64,000 bases of DNA from Vezdaea acicularis. Taxonomy: Eukaryota. Location: NCBI GenBank assembly GCA_026025075.1, contig JAPEUI010000023.1:62001-126000 (forward strand), read 5' to 3'. The translations under genes and the position numbers were made by a program. The notes below the pieces were generated by a model. It was not told the origin of the DNA. It searched no databases and saw only the letters and a list, made by a program, of their open reading frames with translations. Positions 23,819 through 36,764 of the stretch are shown in pieces. How positions within the stretch are numbered: position 1 is the first letter of the stretch; every line of letters starts with the position of its first letter.

Positions 23819-26800
23819 ATGAAAGGCGAAGCGGTGCCTGAAGCAAGGAGATCGGGCCTAGCTCCAGGAGATGTGAGTGACGAGGGGGAGGCCCTCGCTT
23901 GACTTATGCAGGTGCTGATCCAATGTTTAGGGCTTTAGCGCGCTTCTGGAGCCCTTCTATTATGGTAAGGGCTTGACCGATCCAATCGACACGGCCAGGG
24001 TGAGTCCGAGGAAGCCTTGTGTATATGCTTAGTAGTGCTGACATGATGATAGGACAAATGGAATCTCTTGCCCGCCTTCCTCAAGGTCAAAGGCCTGGTG
24101 AAGCAACATATCGACTCCTTCAATTTCTTCGTTGGAGTGGAGATAAAAAAAATAGTAGAAGCTAACAACAAAATCCTGAGTGATGTGGAACCAAATTTCT
24201 ATCTCAAGTAGGTGGCGTGCTATGTTGGTTCTTTCAAGTCGTTTTGTCGTGAGGAGGAGTCATCAAATCTGACCTCGCAACATAGATATACGGACATCGA
24301 GGTCGGTCGGCCTGAGCGACTTGATGAGTCTCTATCATCTGAGGTCACGCCAAATGAATGTAGATTACGGGATATGACTTACGCAGCCCCTATTTTGGTT
24401 TCTATTGAGTATATACGCGGGAGGCAGATCGTCAGGCGCAAGGATATACCAATAGGACGTATTCCTGTAATGTTACGGAGTTCAAAATGTATCTTAAAAG
24501 ATAAAAGCGACTTTCAGATGGCTGCCCTCAATGAATGTCCCCTTGATCCTGGGGGATACTTCATCGTTAATGGAACAGAAAAGGTGATTCTTGTTCAGGA
24601 ACAGTTGAGTAAGAATCGAGTCCTCGTCGAAACAGAACCTAAGAAAGGGATCGTCCAAGCATCAGTCACGAGGTATGAAGTTTATCAAGTTTTGGTCCTG
24701 CAAAGTGAGGTTTAACACGATTATCTACAGTTCAACCCATCAGAGAAAATCAAAGACGTATGTGCTGCTCAAGAAAGACCGGATTTATATGAGACATAAC
24801 GTTCTAAACGAAGACGTCCCTATCGTTATAATCCTCAAAGCTATGGGCGTGCAGTCAGATAAGGAGATATTGCTTCTCGTAGCTGGACCTGACAGTGCAT
24901 ACCAAGATGAATTTTCTCTCAATTTTGAAGAATGCAGTAAACTAGGTGTGTTCACTCAACAGCAAGCGCTGGAGTACCTTGGCTCTAGGATCAAAATAGC
25001 ACGAAGGCCTGTGGGAACAGGAGTGCCACGGCGGAACTATGCGCACGAGGCTTTGGAGGGGCTCTCTTCAGTTATCATCACACATGTACCCGTCGAAGGG
25101 TTCAATTTCCGACCAAAGATTCTCTACATCTCATATATGGTGCGCAGAGTGCTCATGGCGATGCAAGATCCGTCGCTCGTCGACGATCGAGACTATGTTG
25201 GCAACAAGAGGCTTGAGTTAGCCGGGCAGATGTTAGCTTTGTTATTTGAAGATCTTTTCAAGAAGTTCAATCACGACATCAAGCTCAATATCGACAAAGT
25301 GCTCAAAAAGCCAAATAGAACCCAGGAATTTGACGCATTTCAGCACATGCAAGTCCACGCAAACCACATAACGCATGGGATGAACAGGGCCATATCCAGT
25401 GGCAATTGGAACCTCAAGAGATTCAGAATGGACAGGGCCGGTGTAACACATGTTCTAAGCCGTCTTAGCTACATCAGCGCACTGGGAATGATGACTAGGA
25501 TCACCAGCCAGTTCGAAAAGACTAGAAAGGTTAGTGGTCCTCGAGCACTGCAGCCTTCCCAATTTGGAATGCTCTGTCCATCAGATACGCCTGAAGGAGA
25601 AGCCTGCGGTTTGGTGAAGAATCTCGCGCTCATGACACATATCACGACCAACGATGAAGAAGCCCCTGTGAGAAAATTGATCTTCGTTCTTGGCGCTGAG
25701 TCGATATCACCAATAAATGGCAAGGAGACCTTTGAAGAAGGAGCTTTCCTCATATTTATCAACGGTACTCCGGCAGCATTCACCCGCCAGCCAAAGCGAT
25801 TTCTCATCAACTTTCGCCAATTACGTAGAATGGGTCGGTTGTCTGAGTTTGTGAGTGTCTTCATGGATCAAGCTCATTCCGTCGTTCACATTGCTACCGA
25901 CGAAGGTCGAATCTGTCGACCCCTCATCGTTGTCGAAAAAGCCCGATCTAGAGTCACCCTTCGACATCTGAAATCTTTACGTAAAGGGACGCTAGATTTT
26001 GATAGCTTCATCTCTCGTGGCCTTGTGGAATACTTGGACGTAAATGAAGAGAATGACGCTAACATTGCGGTTTACGAATCTGATATCAATGTCACCACCA
26101 CTCACCTCGAGATCGAGCCTTTCACTATACTCGGTGCTGTAGCTGGCCTCATCCCCTACCCACATCACAATCAATCACCTCGAAATACCTACCAATGTGC
26201 TATGGGTAAACAAGCTATCGGTGCCGTGGCCCATAACCAACTCGTTCGAATTGACACACTTCTTTTCCTAATGGTCTACCCTCAGCAACCCCTCGTCAAA
26301 ACCCGCACCATCGAACTTATCCACTATGACAAGCTCCCAGCTGGCCAAAATGCAACTGTGGCCGTAATGTCCTATTCAGGCTATGACATCGAAGATGCTC
26401 TCGTCCTCAACCAAGCCTCATGTGACCGTGGTTTTGGCCGCTGTCAAGTCTTCCGCAAGCACTCAACGACGCTCCGCAAATACCCCGATGGCACAACCGA
26501 CCGTGTCGGGGATCCCGTCCTTGACGACGCTGGACTCCCCATCCCGCGCCATTCTCTCCTTGATGGCGATGGCCTTGCCCGCGTTGGCGAGAAGGTCTGC
26601 AAAGACCAAGTTTACATCAAGAAGGAAACCCCGCTGAACACCTTCCCAACGGGTCTCAGCGGCTCCACATCCTCCGACTATGGCGGGCCCGAATACAGAG
26701 ATGCTAGTATGCGCTATCACCTCCCTGACCCATCCTATATTGACAAGATCATGATCTCTACCCTCGAGAACGAAAGCACCCTCCTCAAAGTCCAGACGAG

Positions 26801-27545
26801 GCAGACACGTCGCCCAGAGCTGGGGGACAAGTTCTCCTCACGCCACGGGCAGAAGGGAGTTGTAGGCCTCATCGCGAAGCAGGAGGATATGCCGTTCAGC
26901 GATCAAGGCGTCGTGCCGGACATCATCATGAACCCACATGGTTTCCCATCGCGTATGACGGTCGGCAAGATGCTTGAGCTGCTCGCTGGGAAAGCGGGGG
27001 TCATGGACGGATCTCTACAATATGGGACTGCGTTTGCCGGGAGCAAAGTCGAGGATATGGGCCAGCTGCTCGTCAACCACGGCTTCAACTACTTTGGGAA
27101 AGACTATCTGACAAGTGGCATCACGGGCGAGCCGCTGGCTTATTACGTATTCACCGGCCCGATCTGCTACCAGAAGCTGAAGCACATGGTACAAGACAAG
27201 ATGCACTCGCGCGCGCGAGGACCGCGAGCCATCCTAACAAGGCAACCGCTAGAGGGTCGCTCGCGAGATGGTGGGTTACGGCTGGGGGAGATGGAGCGGG
27301 ATTGCCTGATTGCGTATGGAGCGTCACAGTTGCTGGTTGAGCGGCTGATGCTTAGCTCAGATGCGCACGAGGTTGATATCTGTGGCAGGTGTGGGAGTAT
27401 GGGGTACAGAGGCTGGTGCGGCACTTGTCAGAAGGGCGGCTGTAGTAAGGTGGTCATGCCTTATGCGGCGAAGCTGCTGTGGCAGGAGCTGGCGAGTATG
27501 AATGTCGGTGTCAAGTTGAAACTTGGGGACGAGTTCCCAGCATAG
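23819..27545 (+). CDS. RPC2: RNA polymerase III second-largest subunit (C128)
   Basis: [61 protein letters not shown] and a C-terminal Zn CxxC. Four N-terminal introns. Confidence 0.97.
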
Positions 27546-27746
27546 GCTGCACCAATGGTGTATAGTAAAATATGTAAACGTAGAACGAAATATACTTGTG
27601 CTTTGGCTACGATGTCTTTGTCACAGTTACTAGCATGTTCGATCACGTCCACTATACTGCACTTGTTGCAAACCCTTTCTATTTGCCCATGCCATATGCT
27701 ACAGTCTATAGCCAACAATCCGAGGCTCATTATGATCAAACTCTCT

Positions 27747-30554
27747 CTATGAAGCCATACTGACCTTTGGTACAACCCACCAATCATGATATCCCTTTCC
27801 TGCACCCATATCTATTTGGACCTGAAGCTTTGTCTTCGTCCCAGCATCATTAGCTTTCCGCATAGTAGAAAGAGCGATGCTAGCAGCAATGCAAGCGCGC
27901 TGGGTGTCTTTGATGTTCTTGATCCAACCATCCCTACACCCCTCACTTCTTGTAGTCTTGCTATCCATCTTACTGAGGAGATCGAAGTCTTTCCGGGAAC
28001 GGGTGACGGCCTCTGTGGCGGTGTTTAGCAAGCTTTTGATGCTTTCATTGGGCTGAGTTGACAGTTCTTCGAAATTTGCAAAGGGAATAGGTTCCGGAAG
28101 GGAGACGGGGAGGAATGGCTTCATCCGGAGCTCGTATCGAAGAAGGTCGGAGCTATAAGGTCGGTCTGGGACAGGAACCAAGCGCCAGCGCTTGAGAATC
28201 GTGTGGAACTTGACATCTTTAGCATATATCTAGTTATGAGTTACAAAGCAACTTACGCATGTCAATGCATCGGCGAACGACTGGGTTGCCGTAAGTCTCA
28301 GACGATGGTAGTTTAGGTATGACAGAGATTCTGCAACTCGCAACTTCTCAATATCCTTCTTTGCTGAGCGAAGATCAGCCAGGAGAAACACTCGTATCCT
28401 CTCAAGATGGGCTCGGTGGTTCTGTATGATATTCTGTAAGTACCAATACATCCCAGCCAACTCATCTGCTTGGTATATCTCGAGCTCGAAACCTAATTGG
28501 ACTACCAAGGTCATCTGTTGGAGCTTTTGGTGATAGGCCCAGGATGATAGAGGATAAGAGTATACAGATTCTGTTGATATACTAGCGTCAACAAGAGGCC
28601 GTTCAAGAGTGAACCCTCGAAGTTCGGCGTCCAGCTCTTCAGCCTATCAAGTCTTAGTACATCCGCACGCAGTAAGGTTTGATAAGATCATATACCTCGA
28701 CTTGCAAGCTATCCCAATCCAAGATAGAGTGACACATAATTCGTCTAATCCTGGACCGATTCTGGCAGAAAGTCCGGTGAATATCGGAAAAAGGCTGCAT
28801 TGGCGTTAGCTTCTGCATTTCTCTTTTATCATGACCAAGAATCCTACTGTTCGAAACTTTTGGGTAAAAGAATTCATTCGCCGGCTGATCTGAATCCGAT
28901 TCGGAACAGAGATGCCGCTCTGAGCAGCGTCTAAATCAAGAAGCGCATTACACGGTCCAATAAGGTCCCCAATATCGTCGTACAGCAGACTCTGAATTGA
29001 AGTTTGACCAAGTACTAGTTCGGAGCCGAAGAGTAAGTGTTGTAAGACGGCTCGGAGGAAGATTGATGGCTGGGGTTTTCGAGAAATAAAAGTCCAAGCA
29101 AAAGTCTATAAGTTGTATCTTAGCCAACATACATGACCTGAGGATAGACGGCACAGAAGAGAGCATACCATAATATTATTGCTTCCATAGCAATGCAAGA
29201 TCTGCATCAACTCCCTTCCATCTTGACAAAGCCTTGTAAAGTGATCTACAGCATCTTGAAATTTGATATCAACTATTGGCCTTGGTGGTACAGTACTAGC
29301 GAGTCGCCGTTGTATCTTAGCACTAAAGGCGGCCTTGACTGGTTTACCAAGCTCCGCTGACTGTGTTAACTTTGGCGATATCTCGGCAAGACGGTTCAGA
29401 TGGTGATGATCCGAAGGTTGAGGAGCAATCTGAAGGCCAAACGAAAGAACCAAGAGGAAGGCTCTTCGACATTCCAAGCGGAGATCTAGCGCTTCTCGAA
29501 CAGACTTCGAAATAGTCATATGACAACGCTCTAATATGCTCTGTGCCTCGTCCAGAAGCGATAAAAACTCTACAAGTTGGATGCCGTCAAGCAACTCTCT
29601 GTTAAAGAGGTTCGAGACAAAGTCCTCTTCCTAACACTCGTCGTTAGCTTTGTGCAACTTGGTGATCAAAAAAGCTTCCATAGATTGACGGTAAGATTAG
29701 TCTACGCACTTCATAATAATTCTCTCCTTGAATGCGGGAGTAGACGTAGCCGCAACATTTGATGAGAGCCAAGCAATAAGCCCTAAGCACAGTATGCAAA
29801 GGTCCACCAACCCCACCCCTCCCCTTGAGAGTTCCTCCCCCAAACTGAGCGTCTCCGAGTGCCTTCGGTGATGGCCACAGGAGGTTATCTAGATGGAGCG
29901 AGGTGAACAGCGTTTGTGACAGGGGATGTCCCATATGCCAAGCCATCTAGAGCCCATGATTCAGCAGCCTTCATGTGCAGAGGTCAATAGACACACCTCA
30001 TGACAGATAAGCTGGTCAATGATGCCGACAACCTCTTCTGGTAAGAGTGCAGATGTCACATCGTAGTCCTCATCCAGTCTTTCACCTGGTTTCAGGAAGC
30101 CACTGTCCATTTTCGGGTCCATAATCTATGCGCCATCATATCGAGTCAGCCCGCTTAGAGGAGCATTTTATAGGTATGCCTCACCTCCAACGCCGCAACA
30201 GACTCGAACAATGTGAACCAATCATCCTTAACTAGCTGCCCGACTCTTAAAGCTAGAGAGCAACTTTAGTACCTGGGCTCAAGTTACAATGCGAGGCATT
30301 GAAGGCTGGCTGAATACGATACCGGATGAAGCTTCTGCAAATGCTGAGGTAATGTCCTTCGCTATTACACCTGCAGTAGAGATCGTTGTAGATGTTTTGG
30401 TATATGCACCAAGCTCGTCCCATGATCTTGGAGCTGGCTCCTCCTCGAGGTGGAGTTTGGTGGCATCTGAGGCATATGAGCAACTCTGTCAGCCGCAAAG
30501 TACACAAGCAAATCCTCTACCTTCTGTGATACTCTCTTCCTCATTTTCGGGCAT
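27747..30554 (-). CDS. MAK10: NatC N-acetyltransferase auxiliary subunit (Naa35), multi-intron
   Basis: Spliced motifs DITSAFAEAS..GQLVKDDWFTLFESVAALEIMDPKMDSG, WHMGHPLSQTLFTS, CQNRSRIRR and GFELEIYQADELAGMYWYL. Confidence 0.92.
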
Positions 30555-30758
30555 TTTATGTCAGGGTATCTATTCATTACAGGCTTTAGTTCATAATCAT
30601 TTCATCGTCACTCATGCCGCAGGTCGTGCGGTGTAGAAAAACTTGAGGTTCGAAAGCGCGAATCGTGTTCGCTTGAGATTTTCTATGGCCGCAATACACA
30701 AATATACATAGGCTTCCCACTTAGGAAGATCTGCCCTTCATCCCATCCATATTCCCCA

Positions 30759-31222
30759 ATGACGGATGCTTATTGTTGGCCTGAACTATGCTCTGCCATT
30801 GCCTCCGCATTCGCTGATGCAAGCTGCTTGCTGTCACCTGCCTTGCCACCCTACGCAGACCAATCAGCCTACCCCGTAGCTACGGGACATCAATTCGAGT
30901 CAAGTAAGCTCACCTCCCATTTTGCAAACTTCAAATCCATCTCTCCTCGTTTTTCCGCTTTTAATCGAGGTTCCTCCTTCAATGACCGCCTGACAACGCG
31001 GGCGGCGACGGCAAGGTACCTGTTATATCTGTCCCTTCATGTTAGCGGTTCATGTTGAACTATCGCTGTATCGGGTAGTGAGGCATACGTGAGACCAGCA
31101 GCTTTCCATGCGAAAGCCATTGTGTCTATTGAAAGGCCTGACAAATATACGATAGGAGATGGTGGGAGTTGACGTCGGGGTCTGAAGCTCGACTAGACCT
31201 CGGGTGCGGAAGCCGGAAATAA
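30759..31222 (+). other. Candidate spliced transcript (lncRNA or 94-aa small ORF) divergent from MAK10
   Basis: Introns 30904-31015 (GTAAGC..CTGAC..AAG) and 31089-31155 (GTGAGA..CTGAC..TAG). Splicing gives a continuous frame from ATG 30759 to TAA 31222, but the peptide is not recognisable. Confidence 0.3.
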
Positions 31223-32128
31223 TTCGTCCACGTGATTCGTCACTTTCGTTTCGCGTCTTTCGCACGATAGGCCTCGCCTATCGCATTCGATGCTGAGTCT
31301 GGATTTGAAGTACGGCTTTCAAACCAGCCACTAGCCCAGACTTGCAGCTGTAACTGAGAATAGAGCATGCCTCTTAATTCAACAACTTAGTCAGGTCCAG
31401 GCTAATCCCAAGGACTGTGAACATCGAAGTACCCCTCCACCCAAATTTGGTGTAAAGATACGAGCGCCTATTTTCTTCCACACGAAGGAGGCTAAGTCTG
31501 AGTCTGGTTCTCGCCTTTAGCCTAGACCTAATCAAACGTCTGTGACTCGAAGTACGACTGGCGTATGTTTCTATGTTGAACCTCATGCACAAAATCAGGC
31601 TGTTCGTGATACTGGTTGATCCAGGAGTACCTTATTATGCAAAGAAATCAGGAGGATAGATCCTCCGAACTACGGTGTCGTGGCCGTACGCTGGTTAAAT
31701 CTCCTTTTGAAACACAAAATCTAGGTATTTAACTTGAGCTTACCGGATGGTTGACGTTTTTGCGTTGTGACGAACCCCTTGTCGCTCGTGCTTCGAGAAG
31801 TGTGGGTGCCTGCCACGCAAATCCGAGTAAAAGAGTCACTACCCCAACTTTGACTTTTTGCGCCAGACTCGTCTCAAGCTGACTTCGACTTGACCTTACG
31901 CATGCAGTGAAGCAAGATTCTTTCGATAATGCGCTGAATAAGGTAGGGATGGCTCGGTCCATTGGGTGTAATGCGTCTGACAAAAAGCCTCAGTACTGCG
32001 TGACGGGAAACTCTTTACCAAAGAGCAATGGTTAATGTCTACTATGTTCATAAGGCTAGAATCTAAATTGACTCAACGGTCAGGTATTGGTACAAGGACT
32101 CGGATTTTCCACATCTAGCTCCCCAGAT

Positions 32129-33689
32129 TTATATCTTCAACCCAATTTCTTCAGCATATGGCAGCACAAATAGATCACCAGCCGTCGACACGGAAGCCTT
32201 CCCGTCCAGTAGCGTCTTCGCAATCTAGTCCTGAGTTAGTTTATTGAAAAGGAGCATAGGTTTTCAGGGCACAAACCTTCTTCACTTGATCACCGGTCAC
32301 TCCGTCGATCCCCTTAGCGATCTCATCAAGCTGATAGGCCTTCCCTCCTTGGATGAGACCAGTACCAGTGAGCTCAAGGCCAGTGTCTAGGCTTTGTCCA
32401 GACTCTAACGCTTTGAATTTTGCCGATGCAACCGCCTTCGTTACATCCTCTTTGCTGGCTTCACCAGCTGCGATTTTCTTCAGCGTCTTGACAACTTCTG
32501 CACTCGCACTCCTGATATGGTCTGCAGAGCCAGTAATTGTGGTGTAAAGAAGGCCAGCATCCGAATAAGCGGCGTGGTTCGTTGATAGGTGAGCTCCTGG
32601 GTGCTCAGCTGTAGATTTGGCAAGATACGAGAAACCAGGTGACCATTTAATACTTGACTCCCCTCCCATCAAAGCTGCGAGGACAGCAATCTCTGGTTTG
32701 TAGGAAGACCCAGCTGTAAAAGATGGAGATCCAGGAAACGCGATGACCATGGCATTTCCCTTGTCATGCGCCGTTCGCGCCTCGCCACCGTAGTACTTGC
32801 TTGCAGGTGCTTCAAACTTTGGTATGTCTTTATTAGGCGCTTGGAAGTCTTCCTCAAAGAACTCTCCAACCCATTTCGACAGCTCGCCGTAGTCAGCACC
32901 ATTTGCAACTACGGCAAAATTCGACTTCTGGTACGCTACACTGCTGTAGGCATTGATAATATCGGAATCCATGTATTTGTCGAGAACTGTGCCAGAACCG
33001 GGGTGTAATGGAGCGCCAAGACCATGGTGGAATGCCAGTCCATGCGCAGAATCGACTGCGGTCTCCTTTGTGTTTCCAAATAGCTTCTTTTGAGATAATT
33101 TCATGAGGGGAAGGACTTCTTCTTGGTATTCGTGCGCTGAAACCCTTCATTAGCCTCCGGGCATCTGAGATTTACTCCAATGGCTGTTTACCTGTATATC
33201 TTGTCTTTGTGATGACTTCCGCTAGAAGCTCAGCAAAGTATGGAAGATCGCCGCGCAGAAATTTCGCTCCGATGACAAGATTCTCTCGTGAGTGATAAGA
33301 AAATAGCTCAGATCCTAAGAGCTCTGCTTCTCTTGTTATACGCAGCGCAGACCGCTTCGATGTGCTCTATTCGTAGATGGAAGTTATTTGAGATTGTCTA
33401 TAATATCGAGAGCTGCTCAGCTTACCTTGAACGCGTACAGCTCAAGGCCATCGGACAAGCCAGGAAGCGTTGAATAACGCGTACCAGCCTTAGCGACGAC
33501 TGCCAATGTGGTGGTAGGTCCTGTGAGATCTCTGCTTGCTATCTTAACGCCTGCAGCTTCTCCAGTCTGATACTGAAAGCTGCCTGTAGCTGGTGCCGCA
33601 AGACCCCGACAATTCGCAGGGTGAGAGCCGCATTGCTTTCTGAGGGCGAGCCGCCCATTGCGGCTTATGAAAGATCGTGAGATCATCAT
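32129..33689 (-). CDS. QCR2: Cytochrome bc1 complex core protein 2 (M16 family)
   Basis: Mitochondrial presequence, GVKIASRD..TTTLAVVAKAGTRY, RSALRITREAELLG, LMGGESSIKWSPG, YSDAGL and C-terminal GDLFVLPYAEEIGLKI. Confidence 0.95.
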
Positions 33690-34032
33690 ACCTATGGCGA
33701 CCACTAGGAAGGGAAAGAAGGAGAGGACGTCTCAAGGACTCAATTGACAATGAAATGACGGTCTCAAACTCTCTAGAAGAAACCGACGTTGCTCGAGAAT
33801 GAGGTCGCTCGTTAAGCTGCAATTATGATTGGCTCGCTGAAATCCGGTTCGGAATGCCATAGTCGCCGCGAAAAGATGCCCAAACACCCCGCTACCGGTG
33901 TTTAATCAAAGAAGAGCTGGGAATGAGTATCCGCCCGACTCGGAGCTCTAGAAGTACACAGCCCAAATGCGCCGAAAGCGGTAGTACCTGCTAAAGTCCC
34001 GGCGTGGACAAAGCAATCCTGGTTTTTCTAAT

Positions 34033-36352
34033 ATGTCCAAAGTATTGCCATCCGCCCTGCGTATATGTCCGCAATGAGATATATGTGGGTGACTAACACG
34101 AATTTATAGCACACCATTGAATTATGTACAATTTTGGTAGAGGAAATATATGGGGAGCTTTCTTCTGTAGGTGCCCACTTTACAGGATAAGTGGCCTACC
34201 GGCCCTCAAAGCCCACCATTTTATCACTAGCCACATCTTGAGATCCTCAGCTGATTGCCGTCTGTGATAGCTTGTATTTAGCGTACTCTCAAACCAAGGC
34301 CGCCTCACCTGGCCTCATCTTCTTCATCATACCCGGCTCCACAAGCAACAGCTCAGCAATGGCCTTGCGGTGCTTATACAGCAACATCTAGTTCTCCACT
34401 ATACCTCCCCCGACGATAAGATAACCTTCTACGAAGCGCATTGGCCCTCGGCATACGATCTTGTCCGCTCAGGCAAGCTAATACATCATATCGAGAAGCT
34501 TTTTGGAGAGGAAGCTGGAGGCGTGGTGTCAAATTTGTTAATACAAGGACATGCAAAGGTGGACGACATTGTCAAGGCGTACGAAGCTTTGGGGCGCAAA
34601 GGAAAAGCGACGCTCTATATCAATGGTGGCGAGCATTCAAATGGCCCCCATGGTGTCCAACGCTCAAGCTCGTCTTCTTTGAAGCTCAAATCCCTCCTTT
34701 ATCGTCTCTATCATGCCGGGTATCTCACCCAGGTTGAGCAACATTACTTCCGACCAGATGCAGACAATCGCAACGAGGCAGAGCAGATAATAATACAACA
34801 TTACTTCCCAAAAGGCATTAAGCCAAAGGAAAAGCCCGAAGTTGAAATCCGCATCAAGCAACAGCTCCAGAAATGGAGAGATGGAGGCGGCATTACAACC
34901 TTCGATAGGGTCGAGCCCCAAGGCGTGAAACGAGAACGAGAGCACGACGACCTCTTGGACTCTGCGGCACGCAAACGAGCAAAGATATGGACAGACTTGG
35001 CGCCATCAGATCGAGATTTACATGTCTCCGATGCTCTTCCAACTCTGCACGGGGAAGGGAATGCGAGCACTGGTCGAGCACTAGATCCCAACCTCATCAT
35101 CCGCGTAAACCACGAAAAGTTTATTGTCGAGCAACGCAACGCTTACCTAGAATCCGTTGTTGAATCTCGCATCGGTCGAATCACCTCTCTTGTCTACTCC
35201 GAGCTCCTGCACCTGCTCAGCCTGAAGACACCCAGGTGCCACGACCCGCTCAAGCTCTCCGGCGCCGAGAAAGCGGTTGTCGATGCCTACGACGAGGAAG
35301 AAGACTACTCTATCTCCACGCTTGAGATCAGCAGGTCACTAGACCCCACCCTCGACCTTGCCTCAGCAATCGGTGCTGTTTCTGCCGCAGACATTGACAC
35401 AAGGCCCCTCTCGTGCCCCAACAGACGCGAGAAAATCAGCGACGAGCAGATCGCGGCTGTGATCGGCGGCGACAGCCCCGACGATGAAAGCTCCCCAGAT
35501 GACGACTCTGTCAATGAAAATGGCGACATCAAGGAAGTCGACAAAGACTCTGCCGACGAGCTATGGGACGCCGATTTCGCGCTCAAAACCGAGCCCCCTC
35601 CACGAACTACCAATACCGCACCCCCAAATCTGCCCACAAATGGCGATATCTCCCCTCCCGAAACGAGACCTCCCCCCAAAGCAACAATCAACCGCCGCAC
35701 CCGCCTCGACCAAATCCGCACCCACCTCCTCCTCCTCAAAGAGTCGCCCCTTCCCTTCCTCACGCACGTCGGCACACGCGGCCACGGCCAATGGCGCATC
35801 GCCTTCTCTCCCCTCCTATCACACCTCCGGCTCTCCCTCCTCCTAACCACCATCAACGCGCGCCACGGCGACATGGCCCTCCGACTCGCGACCTACCTCT
35901 CGTGCCCCTCCAGCCCGGGCTGCCCCCCGCCCAAAGCAGAGGAAAAAACCATCCAATCGTCCCTCCTCCTCAAAATGCGCGACGTCCGCGCCACCCTCAC
36001 CCTGCTCCACCGCGCCGGCTACCTCGAGCTCCAGGAAGTCCCCCGCGACGCCACACGCCAGGTCAGCCGCAATTACTATCTCTGGTACTTTGACCAGGCG
36101 CGTGCCGAGCGCGTCCTTCTCGCTGAGGTCGAGGGCAGTATGCGTCGTACCCTCCAGCGGTTAAGGGGGGAGAGGGCGAGGCTCAGTGGCTTGCTGGGGA
36201 AGGCGGAGAGGTCGGATGTTAGGAGGGATGAGGAGGGGTTGTTGGGGGAGAGGGAGAAGTTGGAACTGAGAGAGTGGAGGGGACGGGAGGAGCGGTTGTT
36301 GGGGTTGTTGGGCAGGCTGGACGGCGTGGTGACTTTGTTGAGAGATTTCTGA
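34033..36352 (+). CDS. RPC82: RNA polymerase III subunit C82 (RPC3)
   Basis: MSK|HTIELCTILVEEIYGELSS, LAVLIQQHLVLHY, GYLELQEVPRDATRQVSRNYYLWYFD and a C-terminal coiled coil. Confidence 0.92.
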
Positions 36353-36764
36353 AGACGGCTTATATGTGTGTGGGGGGTTGGAGGGAGGCAGATGTTGAGG
36401 GAGGTCTTGGTTCTAGGGCGAGGTTGATACCAGCGGGCAAGGATGTAGACATGTTCATAAGCCCGTCCATAAGACGGATGCGAACTAGACGGCAAGAACA
36501 GTGAATACATTAATCTGCATACAAGTTAGCAGACGCAAAGGTGCATGAGCTCATCCGAGACTCTGGTATTCCGAAAGAACAAAATCCATCCAACGCCATC
36601 CCACTCTGCCATAAGCGCCCAAGAGAAGAAAACCGAAAGTAAACTGCAACTCGAATTAAACCCAACCCGCAAAGTCCACGCCCCACCGTCCTTTTGCCTC
36701 GTTACCCCCATTGTCTAGCCCATCGCCCGTCCCACCGAAAGTCCCCTTACTCGATCACAAGAGA

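Noticed and set aside
36737..36748. GAAAGTCCCC resembling RNase MRP CR-I
   Set aside because: It lies next to the Ebp1-like stop codon and I saw no matching CR-V partner.
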